From assembly GCA_963776475.1 (NCBI GenBank), contig CAVZMZ010000038.1, positions 16,741-80,740 of the forward strand: DNA of 64,000 nucleotides, in the 5' to 3' direction. Origin of the DNA: an uncultured Chloroflexia bacterium (lineage in GTDB: Bacteria; Chloroflexota; Anaerolineae; Anaerolineales; Villigracilaceae). The first letter of the stretch is position 1; the number at the start of each line of letters is the position of its first letter. The notes under the pieces are model-generated. The model was not told where the DNA came from. It saw only the letters and a program-made list of their open reading frames with translations, and ran no database searches. Shown here piece after piece: positions 51,230 through 61,446 of this stretch. Position numbers and translations under genes: made by a program.

Positions 51230-52279
51230 ATGAAAAAATCTCGCTTTGTGTCGGTATTTCTTACATTGCTTATTTTATTAGCATCCGGCTGCGCACCAAA
51301 ACCTGCCGATTGCAAACAGCCGGAAGTTTTTTGCGTTGGCCTGGTGACGGATGTCGGTGGTCACAATGATCATTCCTACAATCAAGCTGCCTGGGATGGA
51401 TTACAACAGGCCAAGCGCAGTGGCGTGATCACGTGGTTGGCTTCCATCGATACAGTCGATGCCAGGGATTATGATGAAAATATCCGCGTCTTTGGCGAGG
51501 CTGGTTATGATGTGATCGTGACGGTTGGGAGTGCCATGGTGGACGCAACCCGCTCCGCGGCGGATTCATATCCAAACACGTATTTTATAGGCGTGGACCA
51601 GGACCAATCGGAAAACCAGAATTTCAGTCCAACCTTGACCGGGCTTGTATTTGCAGAGGATCAGATCGGTTATCTGGCGGGCGCGTTTGCGGCCTTGATG
51701 TCGAAAACCGGCCAAATCGGTGCAGTATGTGCCAGTGATGCGTTGCCATCTATAAAACGATATGGTGATGGGTTTGTGGCAGGCGCTGCTTATATAAGTC
51801 CGGACGTAAAGACGACGGTTATTTATCATAATGAAGTCGGTCTTGATCAGACCTTTGTCGATCCGGATTGGGGTGCGGCGCAGGCGAATTCGTTGGTTGA
51901 CTCTGGTGCGGATATCATCTTTGGTGTGGGCGGTGAGACAGGAAGCAATGCCATTGTCGCAGCGGTGGCGCGCGGCGCCTATGCAATTGGTGTCGATACC
52001 GATCAATATTATGCCCTACCGGTGGCTGCCCCACATTTATATGTAAGTGTTTTGAAGATGATTGCCCCGGCTGTTACGGAGTTGATTCAAACTGCCAAAG
52101 ACGCACAAGCCGGGATCTCTGTTTTCCCTACCGGCAATTTTAGGGGACAGGTCGGTCTGTCGCCCTACCATGACCTGGATTCATCCATCCCGGATGAAGT
52201 TAAGACGCGCATGGCTGATTTGAATCAAGCCTTGCTTGCGGGTCAGATCCAGACTGGAGTATCAGTGACATCCCCGTAA
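51230..52279 (+). CDS. BMP-family ABC transporter substrate-binding lipoprotein (Med/PnrA-like), copy 1.
   Basis: The start MKKSRFVSVFLTLLILLASGCAP with a lipobox, and a BMP-fold sequence. Confidence 0.8.
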   Translation: MKKSRFVSVFLTLLILLASGCAPKPADCKQPEVFCVGLVTDVGGHNDHSYNQAAWDGLQQAKRSGVITWLASIDTVDARDYDENIRVFGEAGYDVIVTVGSAMVDATRSAADSYPNTYFIGVDQDQSENQNFSPTLTGLVFAEDQIGYLAGAFAALMSKTGQIGAVCASDALPSIKRYGDGFVAGAAYISPDVKTTVIYHNEVGLDQTFVDPDWGAAQANSLVDSGADIIFGVGGETGSNAIVAAVARGAYAIGVDTDQYYALPVAAPHLYVSVLKMIAPAVTELIQTAKDAQAGISVFPTGNFRGQVGLSPYHDLDSSIPDEVKTRMADLNQALLAGQIQTGVSVTSP

Positions 52280-52314
52280 CGGGTGGGATGGTTGGCGCAT
52301 GCCAAAATTCATCT

Positions 52315-52343
52315 TGTAATAACCCTCAAGACCCTGTATACTA
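52315..52343 (+). promoter_or_regulatory. Sigma-70-like promoter before the second BMP gene and the ABC operon.
   Basis: TTGTAA, a 17-nt spacer and TATACT, followed by a ~150-nt leader. Confidence 0.45.
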
Positions 52344-52489
52344 GATTGTGAAGAATTATGCTTACTAATCGAAAGTTCAATTAAATAATAAAGGAGGTGC
52401 AACCTGCAATTTGTAGGCTCTACGAAACAGCCCGTTCATTCGAATGCCACTGCTTAACCACATTTGATTATCAAAATTGAAGGAGAAGA

Positions 52490-53596
52490 ATGAAAATGAA
52501 GAAAATGAGTTTCGTTTTCACACTTTTGGCCGCCGCTGCCATTCTGCTGTCTGCCTGCGGCCCGGCTGCCACGCCGGCGACTCAGGCTCCAGCTGCCAAG
52601 ATCAAGGTTGGCGAAGTAACCGACTTGGGCGGCGTGAATGACAAATCCTTTAACGCTCTCGCCTGGAAAGGTGTCCAGGATGCCATGGCTCAATTGGGTG
52701 TGGATGGCAAGTTCCTGCAATCCACCCAGCAGTCCGACTATGCCAAGAACATCCAGCAGATGCTTACCGAAAAGCAGGACCTGATTGTCACCGTCGGCTT
52801 CCTGCTGGGCGTCGATACCGCCACGGCTGCCAAGGCCAACCCGAACCAGAAGTTCGCCATCGTTGACTACACTTACCCGGATTGCTATCCGGGTGCGGTC
52901 GAAGGCAAGGACTGCGGTTCCTCCAAGGACCTGCCGAATGTGCGCGGCCTGGCCTTCCAGACCGACGAAGCAGGCTTCCTGGCCGGCTATCTGGCGGCTG
53001 GCATGACCAAGACAGGCACCGTTGGCACCTTCGGTGGCATCCAGCTCCCGACCGTGACCATCTTCATGGATGGTTTCGTGGCGGGCGTCAAGTATTACAA
53101 CCAGAAGCACACCACGACCGTCAAGGTGTTGGGCTGGGACGCTGCCACGCAGAAGGGTACTTTTGTAGGCAACTTCAATTCCACGGATGATGGCAAGAAT
53201 ACCGCCACTTCCCTGGCTCAGGAAGGCGCCGACATTGTCATGCCGGTCGCCGGCGCGGTTGGTCTGGGCTCGGCTGCCTATTGCCAGACCAGCACGAAGT
53301 GCTTGATCATCGGCGTGGATACCGACTGGTTTGTTTCCTCTCCGGAATATGCCGATGTCGAGTTGAGCAGCGTCCAGAAGAAGATCGATGTGGCCGTTCT
53401 CAAGACCATCCAGGACGTTGTCAATGGCAAGTTCACCGGCGGAACAGTAACTTACAAACTCGCCGATGGCGGTGTGGATCTGGCCCCCTTCCACAATTTC
53501 GACAGCCAGGTGCCTCAAACCCTGAAGGATGAAATTACCCAGGCGAAAGCTGATATCATCAGCGGCAAAATCACTGTTGCCAGCTTTCTGAAATAG
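52490..53596 (+). CDS. BMP-family ABC transporter substrate-binding lipoprotein, copy 2.
   Basis: A lipobox LLSACG. It is similar to copy 1 (GVDTDQ/GVDTDW). Confidence 0.85.
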   Translation: MKMKKMSFVFTLLAAAAILLSACGPAATPATQAPAAKIKVGEVTDLGGVNDKSFNALAWKGVQDAMAQLGVDGKFLQSTQQSDYAKNIQQMLTEKQDLIVTVGFLLGVDTATAAKANPNQKFAIVDYTYPDCYPGAVEGKDCGSSKDLPNVRGLAFQTDEAGFLAGYLAAGMTKTGTVGTFGGIQLPTVTIFMDGFVAGVKYYNQKHTTTVKVLGWDAATQKGTFVGNFNSTDDGKNTATSLAQEGADIVMPVAGAVGLGSAAYCQTSTKCLIIGVDTDWFVSSPEYADVELSSVQKKIDVAVLKTIQDVVNGKFTGGTVTYKLADGGVDLAPFHNFDSQVPQTLKDEITQAKADIISGKITVASFLK

Positions 53597-53682
53597 TCTG
53601 TTCGTCATGTCCTAAGGGCCGGGGATTATTCCCCGGCCCTTCTACAATAACAATTCATAGTTTTTATCCAGGAGAAATTTGC

Positions 53683-55254
53683 ATGCCACCGGTTTTGGAA
53701 TTGCGTGGGATCACGAAATCTTTTCCGGGCGTTTTGGCAAATGATGCCATTGACTTGTCTGTAGAGAAAGGGAAAATCCTGGCCTTGCTGGGGGAGAATG
53801 GCGCAGGCAAAACCACCTTGATGAATATTCTTTATGGACTTTATAAACCGGATAAAGGGCAAATATTGATCAATGGGGAGGAAGTTGCCATCCACGGCCC
53901 CAGCGATGCGATTGCCCGGGGGATTGGCATGGTCCACCAGCATTTCATGCTCATCCCGGTGATGACAGCCACAGAAAATGTCATGCTGGGAGTGGAACCA
54001 ATCCGGAATGGAATTTTCCTGGACAAGGCCAAAGTAGCTAAGCGTATCCAGGAGATCTCGAAGCAATACGATCTGGAAGTGGATCCACAAGCTTATATCG
54101 GGGATCTTCCGGTGGGGGCACAGCAACGAGTTGAAATTATTAAGGTTTTATACCGTCATGCGGATATCCTGATTTTGGATGAACCAACGGCAGTCCTGAC
54201 CCCACAGGAAGTGGAAGGATTGTTCAAAGTGTTACGATCGCTGGTTGCCAGCGGGAAATCGATCATTTTTATCACGCATAAACTTAAGGAAGTCCTGGCA
54301 ATTGCCGACCAAATTATCGTTCTGCGCAGTGGCCGTGTGGTCGGCTCAGTGGATACCAAAAGCGCCTCCCAGGAAAAACTGGCTGCCATGATGGTGGGAC
54401 GCGAAGTAAACCTGGTGGTTAAGAAGAAACCCGCATCACCCAAAGATGTGGTTTTGAGTGTGAAGGATTTGTATGTCCGGGATGAGCGTCAGAATTTAAC
54501 AGTAAATGGTACTTCTTTTGACGTACGCGCAGGCGAGGTGTTGGGTATCGCCGGTGTACAGGGCAACGGCCAGACCGAGTTGGTCTATGCACTGACGGGA
54601 CTTACGCCGCTGGTCAGCGGGGAAATCTGCATTATGGACAAACCGGTCCACCATACTTCCCCGCGTAATATTTTGGAGAGGGGGGTCGCACATATCCCCG
54701 AGGACCGGCAAAAGCATGGCCTGATCCTTACTTTTCCTGTCCAGGATAACCTGGTATTGTGCACGTATTATCAGCCGCCTTTTGCCAAAGGGCTGGCGCT
54801 GCAGCAAAAGATCATCCTCGAAACGGCTGAAAAACTGGTCGAACAATATGATGTACGCACTCCCAATGTATTTGTGCCGGTATCCACGTTGTCGGGCGGC
54901 AACCAGCAGAAAGTGATCGTAGCACGTGAATTCTCGCGGCCGATCCACTTGCTGATTGCTTCACAGCCAACGCGCGGCCTGGATGTCGGTTCGATTGAAT
55001 ATATCCACAGCCGTATTATCGAAAAACGGGATGAAGGAACAGCCGTGCTGCTGGTTTCCCCTGAACTGGATGAGATCATTGCCCTGTCTGACCGTATCGC
55101 CGTGATGTACAAAGGGCAAATCGTGGGAATTCTGCCTGCGGCCAGGATCAATAAAGCCTACCTGGGCCTGCTCATGGCTGGAGTCAAACCCTCCGAAGCT
55201 CTCGAGACGACTCCCGCCACCATACAGGAAACCGAAGTGGAACGCGTTTTTTAG
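53683..55254 (+). CDS. ABC transporter ATP-binding protein with two ABC domains.
   Basis: Walker A GENGAGKTT and LSGG signatures appear in both halves, 523 aa. Confidence 0.9.
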   Translation: MPPVLELRGITKSFPGVLANDAIDLSVEKGKILALLGENGAGKTTLMNILYGLYKPDKGQILINGEEVAIHGPSDAIARGIGMVHQHFMLIPVMTATENVMLGVEPIRNGIFLDKAKVAKRIQEISKQYDLEVDPQAYIGDLPVGAQQRVEIIKVLYRHADILILDEPTAVLTPQEVEGLFKVLRSLVASGKSIIFITHKLKEVLAIADQIIVLRSGRVVGSVDTKSASQEKLAAMMVGREVNLVVKKKPASPKDVVLSVKDLYVRDERQNLTVNGTSFDVRAGEVLGIAGVQGNGQTELVYALTGLTPLVSGEICIMDKPVHHTSPRNILERGVAHIPEDRQKHGLILTFPVQDNLVLCTYYQPPFAKGLALQQKIILETAEKLVEQYDVRTPNVFVPVSTLSGGNQQKVIVAREFSRPIHLLIASQPTRGLDVGSIEYIHSRIIEKRDEGTAVLLVSPELDEIIALSDRIAVMYKGQIVGILPAARINKAYLGLLMAGVKPSEALETTPATIQETEVERVF

Positions 55255-55266
55255 GAGGACTTCAAC

Positions 55267-56532
55267 TTGACTGCAAACGCAACCCCAACCAATCCGGAGG
55301 CAACCAAATCCTCAGGGAAGCAGAGGCAGGGCTCAAAACTCCTCCAGACATTACTGGTGCCCGCTCTGGCGGTACTGACCGGCTTCATTATCGGAGCCAT
55401 CGTGATTGCGTTATCCAATGACGCGGTCATTGTAGCCTACCGAAACTTCTTCCATGCCCCTGGCGCGGCACTGGCAGCCACCTGGAATGCTATTTCCATC
55501 GCTTACGGGTCACTTTTTTATGGATCTTTTGGCAGTCTCCCTGAAATCTACCGAGGTCTCCAGAGCTATTTTGCAACTGGCGACAACAAACTTATCCTAA
55601 AAGCAATTTATCCAATCACTGAAAGCCTGACTGCTGTTACGCCATACATCCTGGCCGGATTGGCAGTGGCGGTGGGATTCAAGTGTGGCCTTTTCAATAT
55701 CGGTGCGGAAGGGCAATTCGGGATCGGAGCGTTGTCCTCGGCTTTCGTAGGGTACAGCATCCATGGTCTGCCCTGGTATATCCATCTACCGCTGGCTATG
55801 CTGGCGGGGGCAGCCGGAGGCGCCCTGTGGGGGGCCATACCAGGTTTATTGAAGGGGCTTACAGGGGCGCATGAAGTTGTAACCACCATCATGATGAATT
55901 ATATTTCTTACAGTTTGAGCAACTGGTTATTGAACGGCCCGATGAAAGCGCCTGGATTCAGGCCACTGACGCCTGTTATTGATAATTCGGCCATGCTGCC
56001 GCGTTTCTTCCCGGCTCCGTTACGCTTCAACTGGGGCTTTATTGTGGCATTGGCGGTGGCCGCTCTCGTCTATTGGTTCCTGTTCAAGACCACGATTGGT
56101 TTTGAAATCCGGGCGGTTGGTGCCAATCCGGATGGCGCCCGTTATGCCGGGATGAATATCGTGAAAAATTTTGTGATCGCCATGACCCTCAGCGGAGGCT
56201 TGGCCGGCCTGGCGGGGGCAGCCCAGGTGCTGGGTGTCGATCACTGGGTGGGGCAGGGCTTTTCTGCCGGCTACGGCTTTGATTCCATTGCGATCGCCCT
56301 GCTGGGGCAAAGTCATCCCTTTGGGGTGGTTCTGTCGGCCTTTTTGTGGGGCACGCTGCGCAGCGGCGCGACCAGCATGCAATTTACGGCAGGGGTGCCG
56401 ATCGAGATCATATCCATTATCCAGGGATTGGTGATCGTTTTCGTGGCCGCACCGGCTGTCATCCGCTGGATCTACCGCATCCGCGCCATCCGCACCGAGA
56501 CAACCGTCCTGACGCGCGGCTGGGGTAAATAA
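55267..56532 (+). CDS. ABC transporter permease (BMP/nucleoside-type).
   Basis: A multi-TM protein; a TTG start per the track. Confidence 0.8.
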   Translation: MTANATPTNPEATKSSGKQRQGSKLLQTLLVPALAVLTGFIIGAIVIALSNDAVIVAYRNFFHAPGAALAATWNAISIAYGSLFYGSFGSLPEIYRGLQSYFATGDNKLILKAIYPITESLTAVTPYILAGLAVAVGFKCGLFNIGAEGQFGIGALSSAFVGYSIHGLPWYIHLPLAMLAGAAGGALWGAIPGLLKGLTGAHEVVTTIMMNYISYSLSNWLLNGPMKAPGFRPLTPVIDNSAMLPRFFPAPLRFNWGFIVALAVAALVYWFLFKTTIGFEIRAVGANPDGARYAGMNIVKNFVIAMTLSGGLAGLAGAAQVLGVDHWVGQGFSAGYGFDSIAIALLGQSHPFGVVLSAFLWGTLRSGATSMQFTAGVPIEIISIIQGLVIVFVAAPAVIRWIYRIRAIRTETTVLTRGWGK

Positions 56533-56578
56533 CCTTTGATCCGTCATACCAAAAAGACGTTGTGATAATAAGGATTGT

Positions 56579-57847
56579 ATGACAACCAATCTGGCCCTAA
56601 ATAACAAAAAGAAATCCACTCCCCGCACCCGCCTGGTCCCGGGTATTGTGCTTATTATCGCCGGCCTGGCTATCCTGCTCCTGTTTGGCCGGAACATTCA
56701 ACCCGGGCTGCAATCCACGTTTGGTCTCACCCCACAAGGAGATTCGAATGTCATTCCGATCCCGGACCTGGTTCTACCGGCCCAGCCTGCCATCTATGTG
56801 TTGGCGCTTGTAACGGTCTTTTTGGGGGCCTGGCAGTTGGCGCGCGGGATCCGGTCGACTAACCTGCTGGTCGGGCTGGTTGCCTTTTGTTATGTTGCCG
56901 CTTTCCTGGTCTGGGCAGCCATGGGTAGATCGATGGACCTGGTGGGCATGATGAATACCTCCCTGGTCAGGGCTACCCCGATCGCACTGGCGGCCTTATG
57001 CGGGGTGGTCAGCGAACGTGCGGCTGTGGTCAATATAGGAATCGAAGGGATCATGCTATTGTCAGCCATGACCTCCGTCATGCTGGCCTCTTTGACCCAC
57101 AACCTTTACTTGGGCCTCCTGGCTGGGATGCTGACCGGGATGTTCGTGGCAGCCCTGCACGCCATACTGGTCATCCAATTCAGGGTTGATCAGATCATCA
57201 GCGGCGTGGCCGTCAATATTGTTGGAGCGGGTGCCTCCAGTTTCATTTCCAACCGCTACCTGCAAATATCCAATACTCTCAATAATTCCGGGGTTTTCCC
57301 CAATTTAGCGATCCCCGGCCTTGTAAAAATCCCGATCCTGGGGCCGGTCCTTTTTGAGAACAACATCATGGTTTACCTCATGCTTATCCTGGTGGCAGTC
57401 ACCTTTGTGGTGCTGTTCTATACACGCTGGGGACTGCGCACCCGCGCGGTGGGTGAACATCCCAAGGCGGCGGATACACTGGGTATCAATGTTTACATGA
57501 TGCGTTATGTGAATGTGATCCTGGGCGGCATGATCGCCGGGATGGGCGGAGCCTACTTCACCATCGGTTCGGTTGGGCGGTTCGACAAACTCATGACGGC
57601 CGGTAAGGGTTTCATCGGCCTGGCGGCCATGATTTTCGGCAACTGGAACCCGATCGGAGCACTGGGTTCATCATTGATTTTCGGCTTTGCTGACAGCCTG
57701 CAGATCAAGATGCAGATTTTGAGCATTCCCATCCCGACTGAATTCCTGCAAATGGCTCCATATATTGTAACAATCGTTGTCTTAGCCGGCCTGGTAGGTC
57801 GGGTCCACACGCCTGCGGCAGATGGCACACCCTACATAAAACAATAA
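56579..57847 (+). CDS. ABC transporter permease (second).
   Basis: A multi-TM protein, paralogous to the previous one. Confidence 0.85.
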   Translation: MTTNLALNNKKKSTPRTRLVPGIVLIIAGLAILLLFGRNIQPGLQSTFGLTPQGDSNVIPIPDLVLPAQPAIYVLALVTVFLGAWQLARGIRSTNLLVGLVAFCYVAAFLVWAAMGRSMDLVGMMNTSLVRATPIALAALCGVVSERAAVVNIGIEGIMLLSAMTSVMLASLTHNLYLGLLAGMLTGMFVAALHAILVIQFRVDQIISGVAVNIVGAGASSFISNRYLQISNTLNNSGVFPNLAIPGLVKIPILGPVLFENNIMVYLMLILVAVTFVVLFYTRWGLRTRAVGEHPKAADTLGINVYMMRYVNVILGGMIAGMGGAYFTIGSVGRFDKLMTAGKGFIGLAAMIFGNWNPIGALGSSLIFGFADSLQIKMQILSIPIPTEFLQMAPYIVTIVVLAGLVGRVHTPAADGTPYIKQ

Positions 57848-57868
57848 CCTGACTCGGGCAATCACAAT

Positions 57869-57907
57869 TCAGGGACGACGGAACTCCGTCGTCCCTGAAT
57901 TATTTTC
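57869..57907 (+). terminator. Intrinsic terminator of the ABC operon.
   Basis: CAGGGACGACGG-AACT-CCGTCGTCCCTG followed by AATTATTTTCG. Confidence 0.65.
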
Positions 57908-58067
57908 GAATCGAAAGATGAAAATCTTGTCACTAGAGTACGAGATCTCCAGACTTTGTGTTCCGAACAGGTCTGCTACGCACGCCCGGGTTTGTTCGTA
58001 TGTAATATGGACTCCGTGAAAATGCGGTATAGTTGCTTTTTCTAAGGATAGAAAAGGAGTAAGAACA

Positions 58068-60071
58068 ATGATTCAGATATTGATCGGCGCAGGGGTCATC
58101 TTCCTGCTGATCCTTTTGATCGTAATTCTCTCTGGGATTCGCTTTATCCCCAATAACCGGATTGGCATGATCGAAAAACGGTGGAGTTCCAAGGGTTCCG
58201 TCAAAGGCGGACTGATCGCCCTGAAAGGCGAGGCAGGCTACCAGCCACAGATCCTGCGTGGCGGGCTGCATTACCTGATGCCGATCCAGTACGTCGTCCA
58301 TATGGCGCCGCTGGTGACCATCTCCCAAGGCAAAATCGGCTACATCTTTGCCCGGGATGGCAAGCAGCTTGACCCGGCGCAGGTACTGGCTTCCAATGCC
58401 ACCGTCCAGGATTTCCAGGATGTGGAAGGGTTCTTGAAAAATGGCGGGCAACGCGGACCTCAACGCCGTATCCTGCGTGAAGGCACGTATGCTTTTAACC
58501 TGGTCCAATTCATCGTGATTACCGAAGAGCGTGTTTACGCGCTATCGCTCAGCAAGGAAGAAGCGGATACCGTCCGCAGCATGGCCGAGGTGATCGGGCA
58601 GCGCTACGGCTTCCGTCCGGTGGTGATTAAAGACACGGATGACACGGTCGGGGTTGTCACCGTGCATGACGGTCCGTCCCTGGTCCAGGGTGAAATTATC
58701 GCTCCGATTATGGGTGATGTTGCGGCACAAGAAGGGACCTACCATAACAGTTTCCAGGATGCCGATAAATTCCTGGCGGCCGGGGGTATGCGCGGCCGCC
58801 AGTTGCAAGTGCTGGTGGAAGGTACCTATTACATCAACCGCTTATTCGCCACCGTGGAAATGATCCAGAAATCTGTCATCGAAGTCGGTAATGTGGGCGT
58901 GGTGGTTTCGTACACCGGCGCCATGGGCGCCGACCTCTCGGGCAAGGATTACCGGCATGGTGAATTAGCTTCCAAAGGCAATCGCGGCGTTTGGAACGAA
59001 CCGCTTCTGCCCGGCAAATATGCGTTCAATACCTATGCCGGAAAAATGATCTCTGTCCCGACCACCAACTTCATCCTGAAATGGATCCGCAGCAAATCGG
59101 GCGCCCATCATTATGATGAGAACCTGTCCGAGGTCTCGCTCATTACCAAGGATGCCTTTGAACCCTCCCTGCCGCTCTCGGTGGTGGTGCATATTGACTA
59201 CCAGATGGCTCCGCTCGTCATCCAACGCTTCGGGGATATCAAGAAATTAGTGGAGCAGACCCTCGACCCAATGGTGTCGGCATACTTCAAGAACGTTGGC
59301 CAGACGCGCACACTCATCCAACTTTTGCAGGAACGCAGTGCCATCCAGCAACAGGCCAGCACCGAGATGAAGGAAAAGTTTGCCCATTACAACCTGCAAT
59401 TGGAAGAAGTTTTGATCGGCACGCCCTCCTCACCCGCGAACGATACCCAAATCGAAACCATCCTTACCCAACTGCGCTCCCGGCAAATTGCCACCGAGCA
59501 GGTGGAAACCTATAACCGGCAGGAACAGGCTGCCGTTAAGGAACGCGAACTGCGTGAGGCCGAGTCGCGTGCCCAGATGCAGACCAAAATGACCGAGGCC
59601 GAGCTGAGTATCAATATTCAGACCAACCAGGGCAAGGCCGAATACCAGCGCTCGATCCAGCAAGCTTCCCAGATCCGCGCCCTGGCCGAAGCGGAATCCG
59701 AAAGGATCGCCCGCATCGGTATTGCCCAGGCGCTGGCGACCGAGGAACAAGTGCGGGCTTATGGCGGTCCGCAGTTCCAGGTGACTCAGCAGGTGCTCAA
59801 CCGCTTCTCTGAAGCCATCCAGGCCTCCGGAGTGGATGTGGTCCCGCGCGTGGTGGTCAGTGGCGGCGGCAGAGGCGATGGCGAACAAGGCAGCAGTACC
59901 AGCAGCATCATGGAGGCTTTGTTGACCATGCTGCTCTCCGACCGGTTCGGCGCAATGGCGCAGGAAGCACAACGTGCTCCGCGTTCCCCGGAAGCCGAAG
60001 CCCTGCGTGAACAGATCCGCAAGGATATGCAGAATAAAACCAGCCAGCCGGAAGAAAAGAAAAAGAAATAA
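58068..60071 (+). CDS. Flotillin-like SPFH/band-7 domain protein (YqiK-like) with a long coiled-coil C-terminus.
   Basis: An N-terminal TM helix, an SPFH core, and an extended EA-rich helical region, 667 aa. Confidence 0.8.
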   Translation: MIQILIGAGVIFLLILLIVILSGIRFIPNNRIGMIEKRWSSKGSVKGGLIALKGEAGYQPQILRGGLHYLMPIQYVVHMAPLVTISQGKIGYIFARDGKQLDPAQVLASNATVQDFQDVEGFLKNGGQRGPQRRILREGTYAFNLVQFIVITEERVYALSLSKEEADTVRSMAEVIGQRYGFRPVVIKDTDDTVGVVTVHDGPSLVQGEIIAPIMGDVAAQEGTYHNSFQDADKFLAAGGMRGRQLQVLVEGTYYINRLFATVEMIQKSVIEVGNVGVVVSYTGAMGADLSGKDYRHGELASKGNRGVWNEPLLPGKYAFNTYAGKMISVPTTNFILKWIRSKSGAHHYDENLSEVSLITKDAFEPSLPLSVVVHIDYQMAPLVIQRFGDIKKLVEQTLDPMVSAYFKNVGQTRTLIQLLQERSAIQQQASTEMKEKFAHYNLQLEEVLIGTPSSPANDTQIETILTQLRSRQIATEQVETYNRQEQAAVKERELREAESRAQMQTKMTEAELSINIQTNQGKAEYQRSIQQASQIRALAEAESERIARIGIAQALATEEQVRAYGGPQFQVTQQVLNRFSEAIQASGVDVVPRVVVSGGGRGDGEQGSSTSSIMEALLTMLLSDRFGAMAQEAQRAPRSPEAEALREQIRKDMQNKTSQPEEKKKK

Positions 60072-60095
60072 TCGAGTTTTCCATCAGGAGCGACT

Positions 60096-60867
60096 ATGAC
60101 CCGTTGGATCGCCATTACGCGCGCAGTCAGCAGTTCCATCGCTGACTGCGAACTGACCTTCCTGGAGCGCATCCCGATCGACCTGGAGAATGCCCGCCGC
60201 CAGCACCATGCCTACGAAGCAGTCTTGCGTTCCATGGGCGTGGAAGTGATGTCGCTGCCCGAAGAGCCGCACCTGCCCGACGCAGTCTTCGTTGAAGATG
60301 TTGCCATCCTGCTGGATGAGTGCGCTGTCCTCACCCGGCCCGGGGCCGAATCGCGGCGGCCCGAGTCGGCATCCATCTCCCGGGCACTGGCGCCTTACCG
60401 GGAACTGCTAAGCATCCAGGCTCCTGCCACGGTCGATGGCGGCGATGTACTTGTGGTTGGCAGGCAGGTTTTCGTCGGATTGTCCAGCCGCTCGAACCGA
60501 TCTGCAATTGAGCAGATGCAGGCTTTCCTGGCTCCCTTTGGCTATTCTGTGAGGGCCATCCCGGTCAGCGGCTGCCTGCATCTGAAATCGGCTGTGACGC
60601 AGGTGGCGCAAGCCACCTTGTTGATCAATCCGGATTGGGTGGAAAGGAAGAACTTCCCCGGCATGGAGTTCATCGAGGTGGATTTCCTCCGAGCCTTATG
60701 CAGCCAATGCCTTGCTGGTCGGGGAAAAGCTGCTCTACCAACCCGCCTACCCAAGAACGCTCTCCCGGCTGGCTGCGGCGGAAATCCATCCGCTGCTTGT
60801 GGACCAGTCTGAACTGGCCAAGGCCGAGGGAGCCCTGACGTGTTGTTCGCTGATCTTCAAGGGGTAA
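60096..60867 (+). CDS. Amidinotransferase-superfamily enzyme (dimethylarginine dimethylaminohydrolase-like) with an apparent frameshift near 60690.
   Basis: The C-terminus EPYAANALLVGEKLLYQPAYPRT...AEGALTCCSLIFKG, with its catalytic Cys, is in the +1 frame relative to ORF 60096..60812. Confidence 0.65.
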
Positions 60868-60879
60868 ATCCAACCTTCC

Positions 60880-60915
60880 GAATTTTGACTTTTTGCTCAA
60901 TCTGGTAACGCCCCT
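60880..60915 (+). terminator. Intrinsic terminator after the DDAH-like gene.
   Basis: GCCCCTGGC-AGAACACC-GCCAGGGGC followed by ATTCCTTATT. Confidence 0.55.
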
Positions 60916-61032
60916 GGCAGAACACCGCCAGGGGCATTCCTTATTGCAGAAAGTTAGCTTGTCAGGGGGTGCGTGAATGAGAACTTCACATCAATTTAGT
61001 GACATCTATCATATTCCCCGATTTGAATGTGA

Positions 61033-61446
61033 GTGTATAATGCATTCGGAGCCATGAATATGATCAGAACCGAACTACCTTCCAGTCTCGCCAAAGTAAG
61101 TGACCTATTACAAGTCATCAGCCCTGAAGTACGCCTGGAAATTCTGATGGCGATCGGCGCGGGTGAGGCTTGTGTCTGTCACCTGGAGGCCAGTCTTGGG
61201 TACCGCCAGGCCTATATATCCCAGAATCTAATGGCGCTGCGCGAAGCCGGCTTGCTCAGCACCCGGCGGGATGGCAAGTACATTTATTATCGATTGGAAA
61301 AACCGGAAATCATGGAGATGGTGGATCTGGCAGTCCGCCTGTCAGGCTTTGATGTTTCGAGTATAACCGCCAAGGTTAATCAGGCGAAGGCCAGCTGCGA
61401 TTGTCCCAACTGTTCCACTCAAAAAGAAACTCATGTCGTCAAATAA
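61033..61446 (+). CDS. ArsR/SmtB-family metalloregulator with a Cys-rich C-terminal tail.
   Basis: An HTH with the CVCHLE metal-site motif and a C-terminal CDCPNC. The likely true start is the ATG at 61060, 9 nt after GGAG. Confidence 0.7.
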   Translation: MYNAFGAMNMIRTELPSSLAKVSDLLQVISPEVRLEILMAIGAGEACVCHLEASLGYRQAYISQNLMALREAGLLSTRRDGKYIYYRLEKPEIMEMVDLAVRLSGFDVSSITAKVNQAKASCDCPNCSTQKETHVVK

